DNA from: Neocallimastix sp. 'constans'
Taxonomy: Eukaryota
Length of the DNA: 64,000 nt
Assembly (NCBI GenBank): GCA_050613775.1
Contig: JBODTK010000132.1
Span: 124,001-188,000, forward strand
Direction: 5' to 3'
The notes below the pieces were generated by a model. The model did no database searches, was not told the DNA's origin, and worked only from the letters and a program-made list of their open reading frames with translations. Every line of letters begins with the position of its first letter. Position 1 is the first letter of the stretch. Made by a program: the position numbers and the translations under genes. Of this stretch, positions 15,202-28,998 are shown one piece after another.

Positions 15202-15268
15202 TAAATAAATAATAACTTTTATATTATTATTTATTATAGTCCGTAATATAAAAGTTATTATTTATTTA
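15202..15268. repeat. Perfect 25-bp inverted repeat with 17-nt spacer (hairpin/cruciform)
   Basis: taaataaataataacttttatatta (15202-15226) is the exact reverse complement of 15244-15268. Confidence 0.8.
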
Positions 15269-15283
15269 TATATATAAATACTA

Positions 15284-15317
<34 letters not shown>

Positions 15318-15581
15318 TAGTTTATTTTTCCTTAATAAATTAAATATCTCTTTTAAACTAAAATTATCAATTTGAATATTATGTTATTTTGAATATTATT
15401 AATTTCTTTGTGGTACTATATTTGATATTTTGTTGTATTTTAAAATAATAATTTAAATTTTCAATTATATTATATAAATATATTTTTTTTTTCTTATAGA
15501 AAAAAAAATTCTTATTAGAATACAAAAAATTTTTGTTAATATTTTTTTTTTTAAAAAATAAAAAAATAAAATAAAAAAAAA

Positions 15582-15623
<42 letters not shown>

Positions 15624-18199
15624 TTATTATTAATAATTAAAATGTTTTTGTTATTTTTAAGGATTTAGTAATTCTATTTATTATAAAAATTTAATAATTA
15701 TAAAACTATTTTAATATTATTAAATATTAAATTATTTCTATCTAAAATTATGTTTATGAGATATTTCTATATAATCTTCTATTCAATATGAAAATAAATA
15801 TATAAAATGTTTATTTTCATATATTAGCAATCTTAATATATATATTCTATAGAAATACAATTTCTAATTCTTTATTTATCTATTTAATAGTCTATATATC
15901 CATTTATTTCTTTTTTCATTGTTATTATCTATATAATAAATAATGAATAATTAATCTTATTTTTTATAAAAAAAAAAAAAAATTAAAATATGTTTTAAAC
16001 AAATTTTAATTATAAGCACCAATACCATGAAATAGTTTTAAAATAATTTTCTATTTTAAAAAGATAAAAAATAAAAACATTATCTTAATTTTATTTTAAT
16101 AATTTAATATTAAACATTTTATATTTTAAGCTATTAATTATTATTAATTTATTAACAATGATTGATTAATCAGCTTTTTTGATACTTCTCAAAAATAATA
16201 TTATTTATTTTATTATTTCTTATTGATTATTTGCTATTTATTATTAATTAAAGAATCATCAGTATTCCTTTTTATTAACAATTAATATTATTTAATATTA
16301 TTTAATATTTTATAACTATTATTTAGTTATTTAATATTTTATAATTATTATTTAATTATTTACTATATATAAATCTATTTTTTTTCTACTAAATATATTA
16401 GATGAAGATTTTTATAGAATAAATATTATAATATATTAAAATATATGATAATATTTATTTTTCATTATATTAAACAATACTAGTAATATATTTACTAATA
16501 TATTATATTAAATTTTAAATTAAATCTTCAATTTCAATAATTTTAATAATTAATAATTTTACCAAATAATTTAATTATTAATAAAAATATATATATCATA
16601 ATTCATTCATGCCGTATATAATAAATTAAAAAATAGCATTAAATTATATTAAGAATTTAATATAATTTGTTCAATTTATATTAAAAATTTAATATTATTA
16701 GTTATTATATATTAAAAATAATATATCAATATATCAATATATTTATAATATATAATATTTAATAGAATATAATTATAATGTAAAGTTTATTAAATTTTAT
16801 TATAATATATTTGATTAAATATATTTAGTATGTGTAACAGTAATACTACATATCAAATATTTAAATCCTTAATTAGGAAATAAATTTATAAATTGTAAAT
16901 GAATAAAAAATGAATATAATAATTATCATTAGAATGATTGTGATGATAATTTTTATATTTATTTTTATTATAATTATTATTATTATTTATTATTATTATT
17001 AATACTATTTTTTTTTATTATTATTATTTATTATTTATTATTATTATTATTTATTTTATTATTATTACTTATTTTATTATTATTTATTATTTTTATTATT
17101 TATTATTATTATTATGATTATTCTTTAATATGATTATTATTATTATTATTATTTTTTAAAAATAGTATTATTTATGATTTATTATTTATTATTTATTATT
17201 TACTATTTACTATTTATTATGTATTACACCCTAATATAGCTATAATTTACAAAAAAGAATAGTATAAAATATATTATTTTAAATTTGGTTAAAACTAAAT
17301 ATTTTTCCATTTTACAATGTATAACTGCTTTATTTTTACAAAAAAAAAAAAAAAGAAAGAAAGATTATCTTTACTCACTTTATTTGTATATCAATATCCG
17401 TAACATTTTATAATAAGATTGATTATTTTTAAAATATAATATAGTATAAATATACCTATTTTATAACGTACATTAATACAAAAAAAAAAAACTAAAGCTT
17501 GATCAATAGCATCTTTTTTATCATAAGTTCGATAATTGATATAAAAAAATTTAATAAAATTTGTATATATATGAAAAATTGTAATTTTTTTATATAATCA
17601 ATTTTACATAATTAATAATAAAAAAAAAATTAAATTATTGATAATTCAATGTAGTTATTGTATAAAAATATAAAATTATATATATATAAAAAAGGTATTA
17701 AAGCTTTAATACTTTTTTTTTTTTTTATTAAATATTAATAATAATAAAATAATAATAAATAATATATCTAAATTTCAGATATAAAAAAAAAAAAAAAATG
17801 AATAATCCATTTATTATATTCATAATACAAAATATATGTATTATAATTTACATAAAATTAAAATTGGTCAATTTTTAATTATCACCTTTCATTTTATATT
17901 TTTATATACATTTAAATTATATTTAAAATAGTTCATGTAATTAATAAACTTTTTTTTTTTTTTTTTATTTTTTTTTTAATGATATTAATTACTAAATAAA
18001 AATTTTCATTTTAAATTTTTAATAAATAAATATAAAAAAATCATAAATATATTTAAAAACTTATTATAACAATTGAATATGATGATATTTTTTAGTATTT
18101 GTTTTTATTGTAAATATATTTTATTAAATACTTGTTTTTATATTAAAATGGCTATTTTATATACTATATATAAATATATTATCTAATGAATGAACTAAC

Positions 18200-18846
18200 C
18201 CCTGAACTAGAGTCCAACCATTAACCATTGACCTAGTAGGTGTCATTACAAACTCGAAAACATCATGTTGATCCTGATTCTAATGATATTTAAAGTCTTT
18301 TCTTAACAATTTCATTAATGGTGCGGTTGAATCTGTCAATAAAATTACTGTAATAGTCAATATCTCCTAGAAAATATATCAATTCATGTACGTCTTTGGG
18401 CAGCTCCCAATTTCTTATAGCCTAAAACTTATTGTCTAGTGGACTTAGACCTTTAGGTTGGTAATTTGTGACTCAAAATCTCAGCTTCACTTTGCATGAA
18501 GTGACAGCTTTCTATATTAATCTTAAACTTGTTTTCTTTACATATTTTTTTAACATTTCCTTAATATGTTGGAATTACTCTTCTACAGATCTAGAATAAA
18601 TTAGTATATCATTAATAAAATTATAGATACTTTCCCAATTAAGGGAAAGAAAATATTCGTCATTTCCCTCTGAAAAGTATTTGAGGGGGGGGGGGCTCCT
18701 ATTAAACCAAAAGGCATTACCTTAAATTAGTAATTGCCAAACTTTGTTGCAAAACTTGTCACCTCAATACTTGTTTCTTCCATTAGGATTTGACAGTTTC
18801 CAGAATAGAGATCCAAGGTAGTGAATATATTTGTACCATCTAAACT
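18200..18846 (-). pseudogene. Ty3/gypsy reverse transcriptase remnant
   Basis: Minus-strand translation LDGTNIFTTLDLYSG..QI.MEE.SIEVTSFATKFG.Y.FKVMPFGL..AP..FQREM...INDILIYS...WELPKDV. These are gypsy RT motifs, with stops and frameshifts. The region is more GC-rich than its flanks. Confidence 0.85.
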
Positions 18847-20693
18847 GTGATATTATTTTATTTTTATATCTTATATTTAGGGTTTTTCTATACATTTTAT
18901 CATGAATGTACTGAATGGGGAGGGGGGAAACATTCAGTATTTATTAATTTTTTTGATTCATCTTCATTAGATATGACTTTAACGATATACAATAATTTCT
19001 CAGTTTTATCAAAGTCATTAGAGATTGTTTTTATTACCTGAAGAAATATTTTGGATATCGTTTGTAGGAGTGGAACTATTAAAGTTTTTTGAATTTTATT
19101 AAATTATTTCATTGTTTTTCGTTTAAAAAATTTTTAATAACTAAATTTTGATCATTTTTTAGTAAATTTTTGATTTCCATTGATTTATTTGAATTATTAA
19201 TAGGCTTACGTGAATCATTATTATTGTTATATATTTTATGTCATTCATTACTTGTTTCATATTTAAATAAACATGACTCTTCTTCAATGAATTCTGCATC
19301 ATTAATATAATGCATTTTATTATTTTCATTTTCAATATCCATGATTATATATGAATATTTTTTGTCATCAAATCCAAAGAATATGCTCTTCTTAGCAATT
19401 GGTAAAAAAAAAATTTGATTTATGTTGTGTACCATCCCTGAAATAATATACACAACCAAAATTTTTTAAATGTCTTAACTCTACTGTTTTGGTATAAAAT
19501 ACTTTATTAGGTTTTAAAAATTTATTTCCTGTATGAGGAATTAAATTATAAATATATAACATGCCTGTTTTATGGAAAAATTCCAAAAGTTTTCTGATAG
19601 CTCTGCCCAATAAAGTATAGTTTTAGCTTAATTTCTAAGAATTCCATTTATTCTTTCAGCTTTTTCCATTGACTTCAGGACAACTTGGAGGTGAATAAGT
19701 TTTTTCTATTCTATTCTTTTTATTTAAAGTATTTGTTAACTGTTTTATTTTTAAACTCTTTTCCTCCATCTAATTTAAATATTTTAATATTATATTCTTC
19801 AAACTGGTTATTTAAGTATTTGATGAATTCCACAATTATTTCGGGGACTTCGGCTTTAGATTTCACAGAAATAAATCCTTTGAGATTGTTAAGATATTGG
19901 TCTGGGTCACTATTCAAATTAATTTGAATGATATTTTTATATAATCATCCGGTAATACATTTTAGAGATATTTTAATTTTTTCCTTATCAGTGATCTCCA
20001 CATGCTGTTCTTCCATATCATCGAAATCTTCTTTCATAAGTTCTAGCTTTCCCGATGATTTGAATTCTATCTCTGTCTTTAATACTTCTTGACTTTTTAA
20101 GCCAGTATTCCATATCAGAATTGGAATTTCCATATTTTGACTAAAGTCTTTCCATTATACGGAAATCATTATTAATTCTGCTGTTTTTCTCTTAAAACAG
20201 ACTCATCGATGTTCTTACTGATGATTAGTATCTTATCAGCGTCGATCTTTTCTACTTCCTCAACTAATCGGATACGAATGAGAAGATTACCAAAAAAAAA
20301 GCTAGTAAGCTGAGTATTGGTGTCAGGTGTCAGTGTGTGGACTATTTTCTGTTGGGGTGTTATTGTTTTGATTAACCGTAGCATTGTTGGATAAGTACAA
20401 CAGGAGCTTGCAGTAACATTTTGGTAATTAATTTAGTAATTACCTTGTTAGTAACATCGTTGGCATTAGAGATGTAAATAAAACCTTGGCCATTAAGTTT
20501 TCCAACCACGTCGACTTCCATGAATTCCTTAATAACTTGACGTTTAGGGTCATTGTCAATAAGGAATTTCCACTCATTAAAGTTGGACTTTCCATGGAGA
20601 CGTTGATCCTTAGCTAAGTTAAAGTCTTGCATGATTTCGTAGCGGTGAAGCGGTCTAATTAAGAATTTTTAATAATAAATGATATGAGTCAAC

Positions 20694-20707
20694 TGAAACT
20701 CTTTATC
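20694..20707 (-). promoter_or_regulatory. Putative primer-binding site (GATAAAGAGTTTCA), half-tRNA-Lys(CUU) type, 2 mismatches to the 32153 copy
   Basis: Immediately follows the ...GCTAACA end of the element B 5' LTR on the minus strand. Confidence 0.55.
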
Positions 20708-20980
20708 TGTTAGCTTTATTATATTTAAATCTATAATGATATTCCTAATAGAATATAGTATACAAGGGAAATTAAGTGTATAATCTTTTAAATAAGTAAT
20801 TAAGTCACATGTCACTGAATGAGTTTTCCTTAATATAGAATAAATTAAAAATAAACTAAATAAATATTAAAAGATTATTAACATAGATTTATTCAAGTCG
20901 ATAGATATATATTTAATTATTAGTGTAAATAAATAAATAAATAAATTAAATATATAATAAAATTATTAGTTTAATCAACA
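20708..20980 (-). repeat. 5' LTR of element B (TGTT...AACA)
   Basis: Begins tgttagctttatt and ends tcaaca on the plus strand. Shares blocks (tatacaagggaa, aagtcacatgt, taacatagattta) with 59524-59843. Confidence 0.9.
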
Positions 20981-20985
20981 ACATC

Positions 20986-21425
<440 letters not shown>

Positions 21426-22174
21426 AATAAATTCTAAATTGATTGTAAAAAAATCTTAAAAGTAATTATGACCTATGTTTCAAAAATCAAATAAGGAATA
21501 GCTGTAAAATTTTTATAAATTCAAAGGAAAAACTTTCAAAAAAAAAATTTTTTTTTTTTTTTTCAATATGTTTATACCAAGAAAATAATTTTTAAAATGT
21601 TAGTATAAAATTAATATAAGTTTTATAATGTAATAATAATAATAATAATTAATAATAATCTTTTTTTATTTATTTATAATTATTTATTATCATTAACTTT
21701 AAATATTTAAATAAAAATATATTAGTTTTATAAATAGTTTACTCATATATATTATATATTATTTAAATATTTTGTATTATTAATAAAGAAAAAAATAGTG
21801 TAAAATAACTTTTTAAAGTGTTTTATTTTACATAATTAATACTATTTCCACATACTGTAAGCATCCATTTTTTTAGATGATTAGGAAAAGAGTTTACAGC
21901 CTTATTTCATAATTTATCAAAATATTTATTCCAAGTCAAAAATCTTTAAAAATTAAACAATTATTTTATTTTATTTTAATTTATTTTATTTTATTTCATT
22001 TTATTTTATTATTATTATTATTATTATTTTAAAAAATTTTTTATTATTTATTTATGTCATTTTATTTTATTTTAATTCCATTTCATTTTTTTTTTTTTTT
22101 TTATTTGTATTTTTATTTTTATTTAATTTTTTACAATAATAAAAAATAGTAAATAAACATTAGTTAATATAAAT

Positions 22175-22212
<38 letters not shown>

Positions 22213-22576
22213 TCTTCTAAAGATAAAACTAGAATAATTTAAATATTAAATAAATAAATAAATAAATAGATAATAATAATTATAAAATAAAATAAATAAA
22301 TGTATATACTATATGAAATGATAATTAAGTATTATATTTTAGTTTATTATTTAAAAGAAGAAAAAGAAAAGAAAATATATAAAAAAAAAAAAAAAAAAAA
22401 TAAAAAAATAAAAAAAAAAAAAAAAAAAAAAAAGAAAATAAAAAATTTTAAATAAATATTATTATTATTTATTAAATTTAATTTTCTTATTCATATTTTT
22501 TTTTTTTTTTTTTTATTTTTATTTATAAATATATATATATAATTTTTTTTTTTTTTTATGTTATTTTATTTTATTT

Positions 22577-24529
22577 TTAATTAATTTCTTCACTTGGCTT
22601 AATAAATAGCATGATTAAGTTAAGAATGATAGCTAATAATACAAGAGTAAAGATAATATATATACCTTTTGTGTTATCCAATGGATCACGATTTGGATTT
22701 CTAGTAATTTTCATAGCTCTTTTATGATAAACAGATAATGAGTAGATCATGAACAATAAACCTACAAAAGTATATATTACTGAGGTAATACCAATAAATT
22801 GGAACATACTGTGTTGAAATAATTTATAAGAAGTTTTAGAGACACCATACATAATTAAAGAAAGTGAACAACCTGCTAATAAAATACCAATATTCATATA
22901 TTGTAAGAAAATTCTTTCATTTGCCATGTGAACCTTTGGTTCAACACGAGTTGGTCTCTTAATCTTTCTTTCTTTCTTTTTCATTTGACCAATCTTAATT
23001 TGAATTTCTGGATTATTTTCTTCACGAGTACTTGGATCAAATGGAAGGAAGACCTTGGTTGGGGTGTTTTCAATAACGGTAGGAACATGAATTGGAGCAC
23101 GAATATCAATGTGCATTTGGTTGAACCAATATGGATTACGTGGAATACGATGTGGAATTAAAGTGGCACAACCATGACAAAACTTGGAGAACTTTGGAGT
23201 TTCTTCTACTAAGTGACTATTTTGAATTTCTGTAACCCAAGCTGGTGGTTCTTGACCAACGTGAGTTTGTAATTTTACTTCAAGAACGGCATATGGGAAA
23301 CGACAAATTTCATTTTCTTTTAATTCTTCAAATGGCCAATTTACACCAATATCAGTACGACGCCAGTTACCCTTGGCTCTACCTTCATCCTCTCGTATGA
23401 AAGATAATTCTGTATCTAATGAAATACGAACTCTAGCATCATCTGGTAATTGGAATGCAGTACGGTTATAGAAAGTTCTCATAGTAGGAACTAAACGTCT
23501 TTCCTTAATAGCCTTTTGGTATTCACGGGAAAGTGTTTCAATTTCATTAATTTCCTTTTCAGTTTTCTTACCTTCAGCACGGTACTGACGAATCTTGGCA
23601 TCCATAGTATATTGACCGGCATTGAAGGCATTAACATTACATTCATCAAGAGCAAATCTTTGCTTTACACTGTTATCCCCGGTCCAATCTTCATGGTGAG
23701 TCTTACGTTCAGCAAAAATTTCCTTATTGGTAACATCACCATACCAACGATAACGAATAGCAATAGCTTGATCTGTCTTTAAAAGACGACCCATATATAA
23801 ACCCATATTACTATTATCATAATAAATAGAAGAAATAGCTGGATTGTAAGAACTACCATCCTTTGGTTTGAAAACGTTAATTGGAAGATGACGAAGAATA
23901 AGAGCTTTTAATTCTGTGACATAATCAGGATGTACCCAATATTTGATAGACTTTCTAACAAAGTTTTGATTACTTAATTTTTTCTTTTCTTTATTTAAAT
24001 CACCAGCATTACGAATTAAATTATATATAATACTTAATTTGGTTAAAATGTCGTTTACTACTGTTTTATCTAAGAAAAGATCTGCCCAAATTTGTTCCAT
24101 GGTATCACTAATTTTAATATCTAAAACACCACTTTGAGATAATGCGGAATTAATAGATTCCATTAATCTTCTATGAGAAGCAGTGAATTTTTCTAAAAGA
24201 CATAAATCTAAAGTAACTGCTTCAACTTCATCTAACATATATTTCCAATAGCTTGGACCAGATAAAATTTGACCATTTACTTCAACTCTTCTATTATTTT
24301 CTTGTTGAACCATACTTTCATATTCACCAACAGCAGCATGTAATCTTTCTAAAACAGCTTTTATAAATGTAACTGGTTTACGAAATTGACTATTTAATTG
24401 TTTAAGAATTTCTTGTGGAGCAGCTGAACGTCCATCATAACCAATAGCTTTTTCTAAAGCATCTTGATCTGTATAATAGGATTCCCATTTATTTATTTTA
24501 CAATATTCATACTCTTTCATAAAAGGCAT
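22577..24529 (-). CDS. VTC4: Vacuolar transporter chaperone 4 (polyphosphate polymerase): divergent SPX + VTC (TTM) catalytic domain + 3-TM DUF202, 650 aa, intronless
   Basis: Motifs FVRKSIKYWVHPD, ISSIYYDN, AIRYRWYG, ERKTHHEDWTG, RTFYNRTAFQLPDDARVRISLDTEL, FPYAVLEVKLQT, PKFSKFCHG and EPKVHMANER, followed by three hydrophobic helices. Confidence 0.95.
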   Translation of the reverse strand: MPFMKEYEYCKINKWESYYTDQDALEKAIGYDGRSAAPQEILKQLNSQFRKPVTFIKAVLERLHAAVGEYESMVQQENNRRVEVNGQILSGPSYWKYMLDEVEAVTLDLCLLEKFTASHRRLMESINSALSQSGVLDIKISDTMEQIWADLFLDKTVVNDILTKLSIIYNLIRNAGDLNKEKKKLSNQNFVRKSIKYWVHPDYVTELKALILRHLPINVFKPKDGSSYNPAISSIYYDNSNMGLYMGRLLKTDQAIAIRYRWYGDVTNKEIFAERKTHHEDWTGDNSVKQRFALDECNVNAFNAGQYTMDAKIRQYRAEGKKTEKEINEIETLSREYQKAIKERRLVPTMRTFYNRTAFQLPDDARVRISLDTELSFIREDEGRAKGNWRRTDIGVNWPFEELKENEICRFPYAVLEVKLQTHVGQEPPAWVTEIQNSHLVEETPKFSKFCHGCATLIPHRIPRNPYWFNQMHIDIRAPIHVPTVIENTPTKVFLPFDPSTREENNPEIQIKIGQMKKKERKIKRPTRVEPKVHMANERIFLQYMNIGILLAGCSLSLIMYGVSKTSYKLFQHSMFQFIGITSVIYTFVGLLFMIYSLSVYHKRAMKITRNPNRDPLDNTKGIYIIFTLVLLAIILNLIMLFIKPSEEIN

Positions 24530-27500
24530 GGTGACTAATTCTATGTAGGTATTTAATTATGTTTAAAATTTGCTTATTTTTATAACTTTTATATTCCAAT
24601 ATTTTATATATTTTATATATTTTATATATTATATTATTTTTACAATTATTATATAATTTATTATATTTTTTAATTATTTTTAAGTGTTTAAAAAATATTT
24701 CATAATGAATAGTAGTAAATAGAATATTATAATGAATAGAGAATTTTTTATTGTATATTATTATCATTATATAATATAAATAGTATTACAAGGTTTATTA
24801 TTAATGATATATAATGTATAGATATGAAATTATATATTTGAGATATTTTAATATAAATATTATATAAAAAATATATACATATATATATATAAATATATAT
24901 TAATAATTTATTTTTAGTAAAAAAAAAAAAAAAAAAAAAAAGAATCTATAATTGTATGTATCTATATAAATTAAAATTAAATATTCTGCACTATAAATAC
25001 TAAAACTTTCATATACATTATTATGATTATTATTAAAACATTTCTACTTTGATAATACTTTGTTTACTTATTAATAATTTGAATTTTTAAAAGTATATGT
25101 ACCAAATATAAATTATTTAATGTATTTAAATATTTTTTTTCAACTTTTATATATTTAAAATTATTTAAATCATTTAAAATTAAGATATATCATTTAGTTG
25201 TGTTTGTTAAGACTTTGAAATAATTTGTACTTTACTTTTTGAATTTGTATATTTTATTATTTATTTCTGGCTTTTATGTTTTGGCTTTTATTTTTATTTA
25301 TATTTTGCTACTGTTTCTTTTCTTTAACTTTTTTCTCTTCTCTTTTATGTTTAAAAATTTTAAATTAATATAATCAAAACTATTATATATGAAAAAAATT
25401 AAATAAAAGACTAAAAAAAAAAAAAAAAGAATTTCAGCTACGAATGAAAGATATTATCAAAAAAGAATTATATTATATATAATTATATATAATTAAAATT
25501 CAAAAAAATTTTTTTAAATAGGATAAAAACAATTATAAAAATAGTTTAAATAATAAAACTATAAATAATAATAAATTAATAAATGATTTAAATAATAAAT
25601 TATTATTATTACTATAAATAATAAATAACAATTAAACAATTGAATAAATATTAAATAATAAATAATAATTAAATAATTGAATAATATATAATAAATGAAT
25701 AATATATAATAAATGAATAATATAATTATAATTATAATTATAATAATTATAATTATAATAAAAATATTATATTTAAAGAACTTTACCAACCATTTATTTA
25801 GTATACCACAATAAATAATTAATACATATTATCATATATAATTTAACATAATAATAATTATAATAAATATTAATTAAATAATAATTATAATAATTATATT
25901 TAATTAAATGGTGATTAATGTAAATGCCATTAATTATGATTATATATATGAAGTATATTCAATAATTATTGATGACATATATAAATTTAAAATTTTAATA
26001 TATTATAATATTTTTATTATATAACAAAAAGATATTAATCATTAAAACAATCTGTTAAATACAATAATGAATTAAACTATATATATAAAAGTTAGGATAA
26101 TGAATTAAATTATATATATATAGATTATAGATTAATTTTTTTTTTATTTCTTAAAATCCTTATTACTTTATTCATCTCTTTTATTTTTCTTATTATATTG
26201 AACTAGGATAGAAATATCAAAAATAAACTAACATGAATATATATGTAATTTATTATTTAAGTCATTTTATATTCATTTAAATATAATATATTAATAGTAA
26301 ATAAATTGTTAGTAATCATTTTACATAAATTGAATTAACTTTATTTAATTCAAATTAAATTAATCTATTGTTTTATATATAACGGTAAAAAACAAAAAAA
26401 AAAAAAAAAAAAAAACAGGCACAAAAAAAAATTAATAGAGAGTAGTTATGATAATTTATTTTTCACATTTTAAAATTGTATTGATTTAATCATTAATAAA
26501 TTAATATTTATATATGATTATTGTTAAAAGATTTCAAATTTAATTTTTAAAATTTTTGTATAAAGCTTTACATTAAAAAAAAAAAAAAAAAAATTAAAAA
26601 TAAAAAAGTATATAGAATGATAAAAATATGTTATATTGTAATTTATAAGGTGATATATGATAATGCGATGTTCAGAAATAAAAAAATAAAAAAAAAAAAG
26701 AAAAAAAAAAATAGTGCATTTCATTTAAAATTTAATTGTATCATATTGAGTAAATATTACAAGTTAATAAAAATAAATATAATTAAGATAAAATGAATTA
26801 TTAAATTATTTAAGAATGAAAATAATATAATTAATTATATATAAAATTTAAATTATTTATAATTTATTATAAATAAATAAATAGATAAATGAATAAATAA
26901 GTATAACATATCTTATGTAATAATTTAAGTATGTAATAAAATAATTATAATTAAAATATTTAAAAATTATATAATATACATATATTAATTTTGTTCCTTT
27001 TAGAATGATTAAAAATCAAAAACAATTTTATTATTATAAAAGTATCAATAATATTGAATATAAAATTGTAATTGAACAATAGCAAAAAATATAATGAAAA
27101 TAATTCATATAATATTAGATACGTGATAAATATTAAAACTCATTTATTATTACAATTACAAAAATAAGAACATGCACAAAAATAATTAAACAATTTAGAT
27201 CGAGAATAATGAATGATTATTAATAAAAGATATATTGTTGGATTTGTAAGAAATTAAGTATCTTTATTTAATCATTAATTAATAAATAATTAATTATTAA
27301 AAGATATATGATTAAATGATTTTTTTTTTTTTAATAATAAAATAAAAAAAATTTAAATACTTATAATTTATATTATAATATCAGTATTAAATTTTTTTTG
27401 ATTTATTATTGTACAGAAATTTAATAGTATTATAATTTAATTATATTATTATTATTATTATATATTTTAACATACTTGTAACTAAAAGTTAAATCTTTTA

Positions 27501-27853
27501 AATATTTATATTGTCAATTGACTTTTATATGCTTATATAATAATAATTAAATATGAAAAAAAAATTAAAAAATATATTTCATTCCAATTAGTATATTGTC
27601 AAAGAAAGGTTCATTAAATATAAAATATTATTTTAATATAAGGCATAGTAAATAATATATATTAATACTAATTTATATTTTTATTTAAAATTTAAGAATT
27701 TTAATATTGTTATACTCTTTTTATCTTATTGATATAACGAACTCTTTTATTAAAATATACTTTTTTAAAAAAGAAAAAAAAAAAAGTTTAGTATTAACTT
27801 TTAAAACATTTAATTTATTAATGTTTATTTTATTTATATATTTATTTGTTTTA

Positions 27854-27885
<32 letters not shown>

Positions 27886-28023
27886 ATTTTTATTTTTTAA
27901 CCAACTAAAATGAAAACTTTAATATATATTTTATTTTTTTTTTATAATTATTTTTTAAATGAGCAATTTTGTATCTATATAAATTATTGAAATATTCTAT
28001 CAACAAATACTATACATAAATTT

Positions 28024-28650
28024 TAATAAATAATAAATAATAAATAATAAATAATAAATAATAAATAATAAATAATAAATAATAAATAATAAATAATAAA
28101 TAATAAATAATAAATAATAAATAATAAATATAAATAATAAATAATAAATAATAAATAATAAATAATAAATAAATAATAAATATAAATAATAAATAATAAA
28201 TAATAAATAATAATAATAATAATAAATAATAAATAATAAATCAATAATAAATAATAAAGAATAAATAATAAATAATAAATAATAAATAATAAATAATAAA
28301 TAATAAATAATAAATAATAAATAATAAATAATAAATAATAAATAATAAATAATAAATAATAAATAATAAATAATAAATAATAAATAATAAATAATAAATA
28401 ATAAATAATAAATAATAAATAATAAATAATAAATAATAAATATAAATAATAAATAATAAATAATAATAAATAATAAATAATAAATAATAAATAATAAATA
28501 ATAATAAATTATAAATGATAAATGATAAATAATAAATAATAAATAATAAATAATAAATAATAAATAATAAATAATAAATAATAAATAATAAATAATAAAT
28601 AATAAATAATAAATAATAAATAATAAATAATAAATAATAATAAATAATTA
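28024..28650. repeat. (TAAATAA)n heptamer satellite, about 90 units with occasional variants
   Basis: Same unit as 955-1083; gives the spurious ORF at 28023-28244. Confidence 0.9.
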
Positions 28651-28838
28651 AATAATGAATAATTAAAAAATAATAAAGAAATTAATAAAGATATTTAATA
28701 ATTGTAAATTATTATATATTGCTAAATATCAATTTTATAATATAGGAAAATCTAAATTAAGAAAGACTTAATTTCTTTGTTACTATTTATACTATTATAC
28801 CATTTTTGTAAAAATTTTTGTATTTTAAAAATATAGAA

Positions 28839-28998
28839 TTGACAAGTAATTTCATATAATCAATATATTAATATAATATATAAAAATATAGAGTTGACAA
28901 GTAATTTCATATAATCAATATATTAATATAATATATAAAAATTAGGTTGACAAGTAATTTCTTATAATCAATATATTAATATAATATATAAAAATATA
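28839..28998. repeat. Tandem repeat, three copies of a 53-55-bp unit (ttgacaagtaatttcatataatcaatatattaatataatatataaaaat...)
   Basis: Copies start at 28839, 28894 and 28947 and are near-identical. Confidence 0.9.

Larger units (their letters stand above)
18935..20980 (-). mobile_element. Truncated, internally deleted Ty1/copia element (element B), same family as the element at 59524-64000
   Basis: 5' LTR at 20708-20980 aligns with LTR 59524-59843. Gag N-terminus MQDFNLAKDQRLHGKSNFNEWKF starts at 20632. Integrase fragment 19245-19865 is nearly colinear with 62855-63452, and 19025-19240 matches ~61760-62005. Frameshifted; no 3' LTR found. Confidence 0.9.

Noticed and set aside
19025..19865. RIP-like directional C-to-T mutation between copia copies B and C
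   Set aside because: Differences seen by eye include transitions in both directions, transversions and indels. It cannot be claimed without an alignment-based count.
22953..22964. GATTAAGAG on the minus strand inside VTC4, resembling the PBS
   Set aside because: Encodes K-I-K-R-P with no adjacent LTR; coincidental.
22928..23782. Plus-strand ORFs antisense to VTC4 (similarly 12400, 35502, 39668, 49930, 55146 and 60102-63692, and same-strand alternate-frame ORFs at 50376 and 50682)
   Set aside because: Shadow ORFs of real coding sequence.
28839..28998. CRISPR-like array or bacterial sigma70 promoter (TTGACA...TATAAT)
   Set aside because: No unique spacers and no cas genes. TTGACA-TATAAT spacing is 10 or 27 bp rather than ~17, and the context is eukaryotic.
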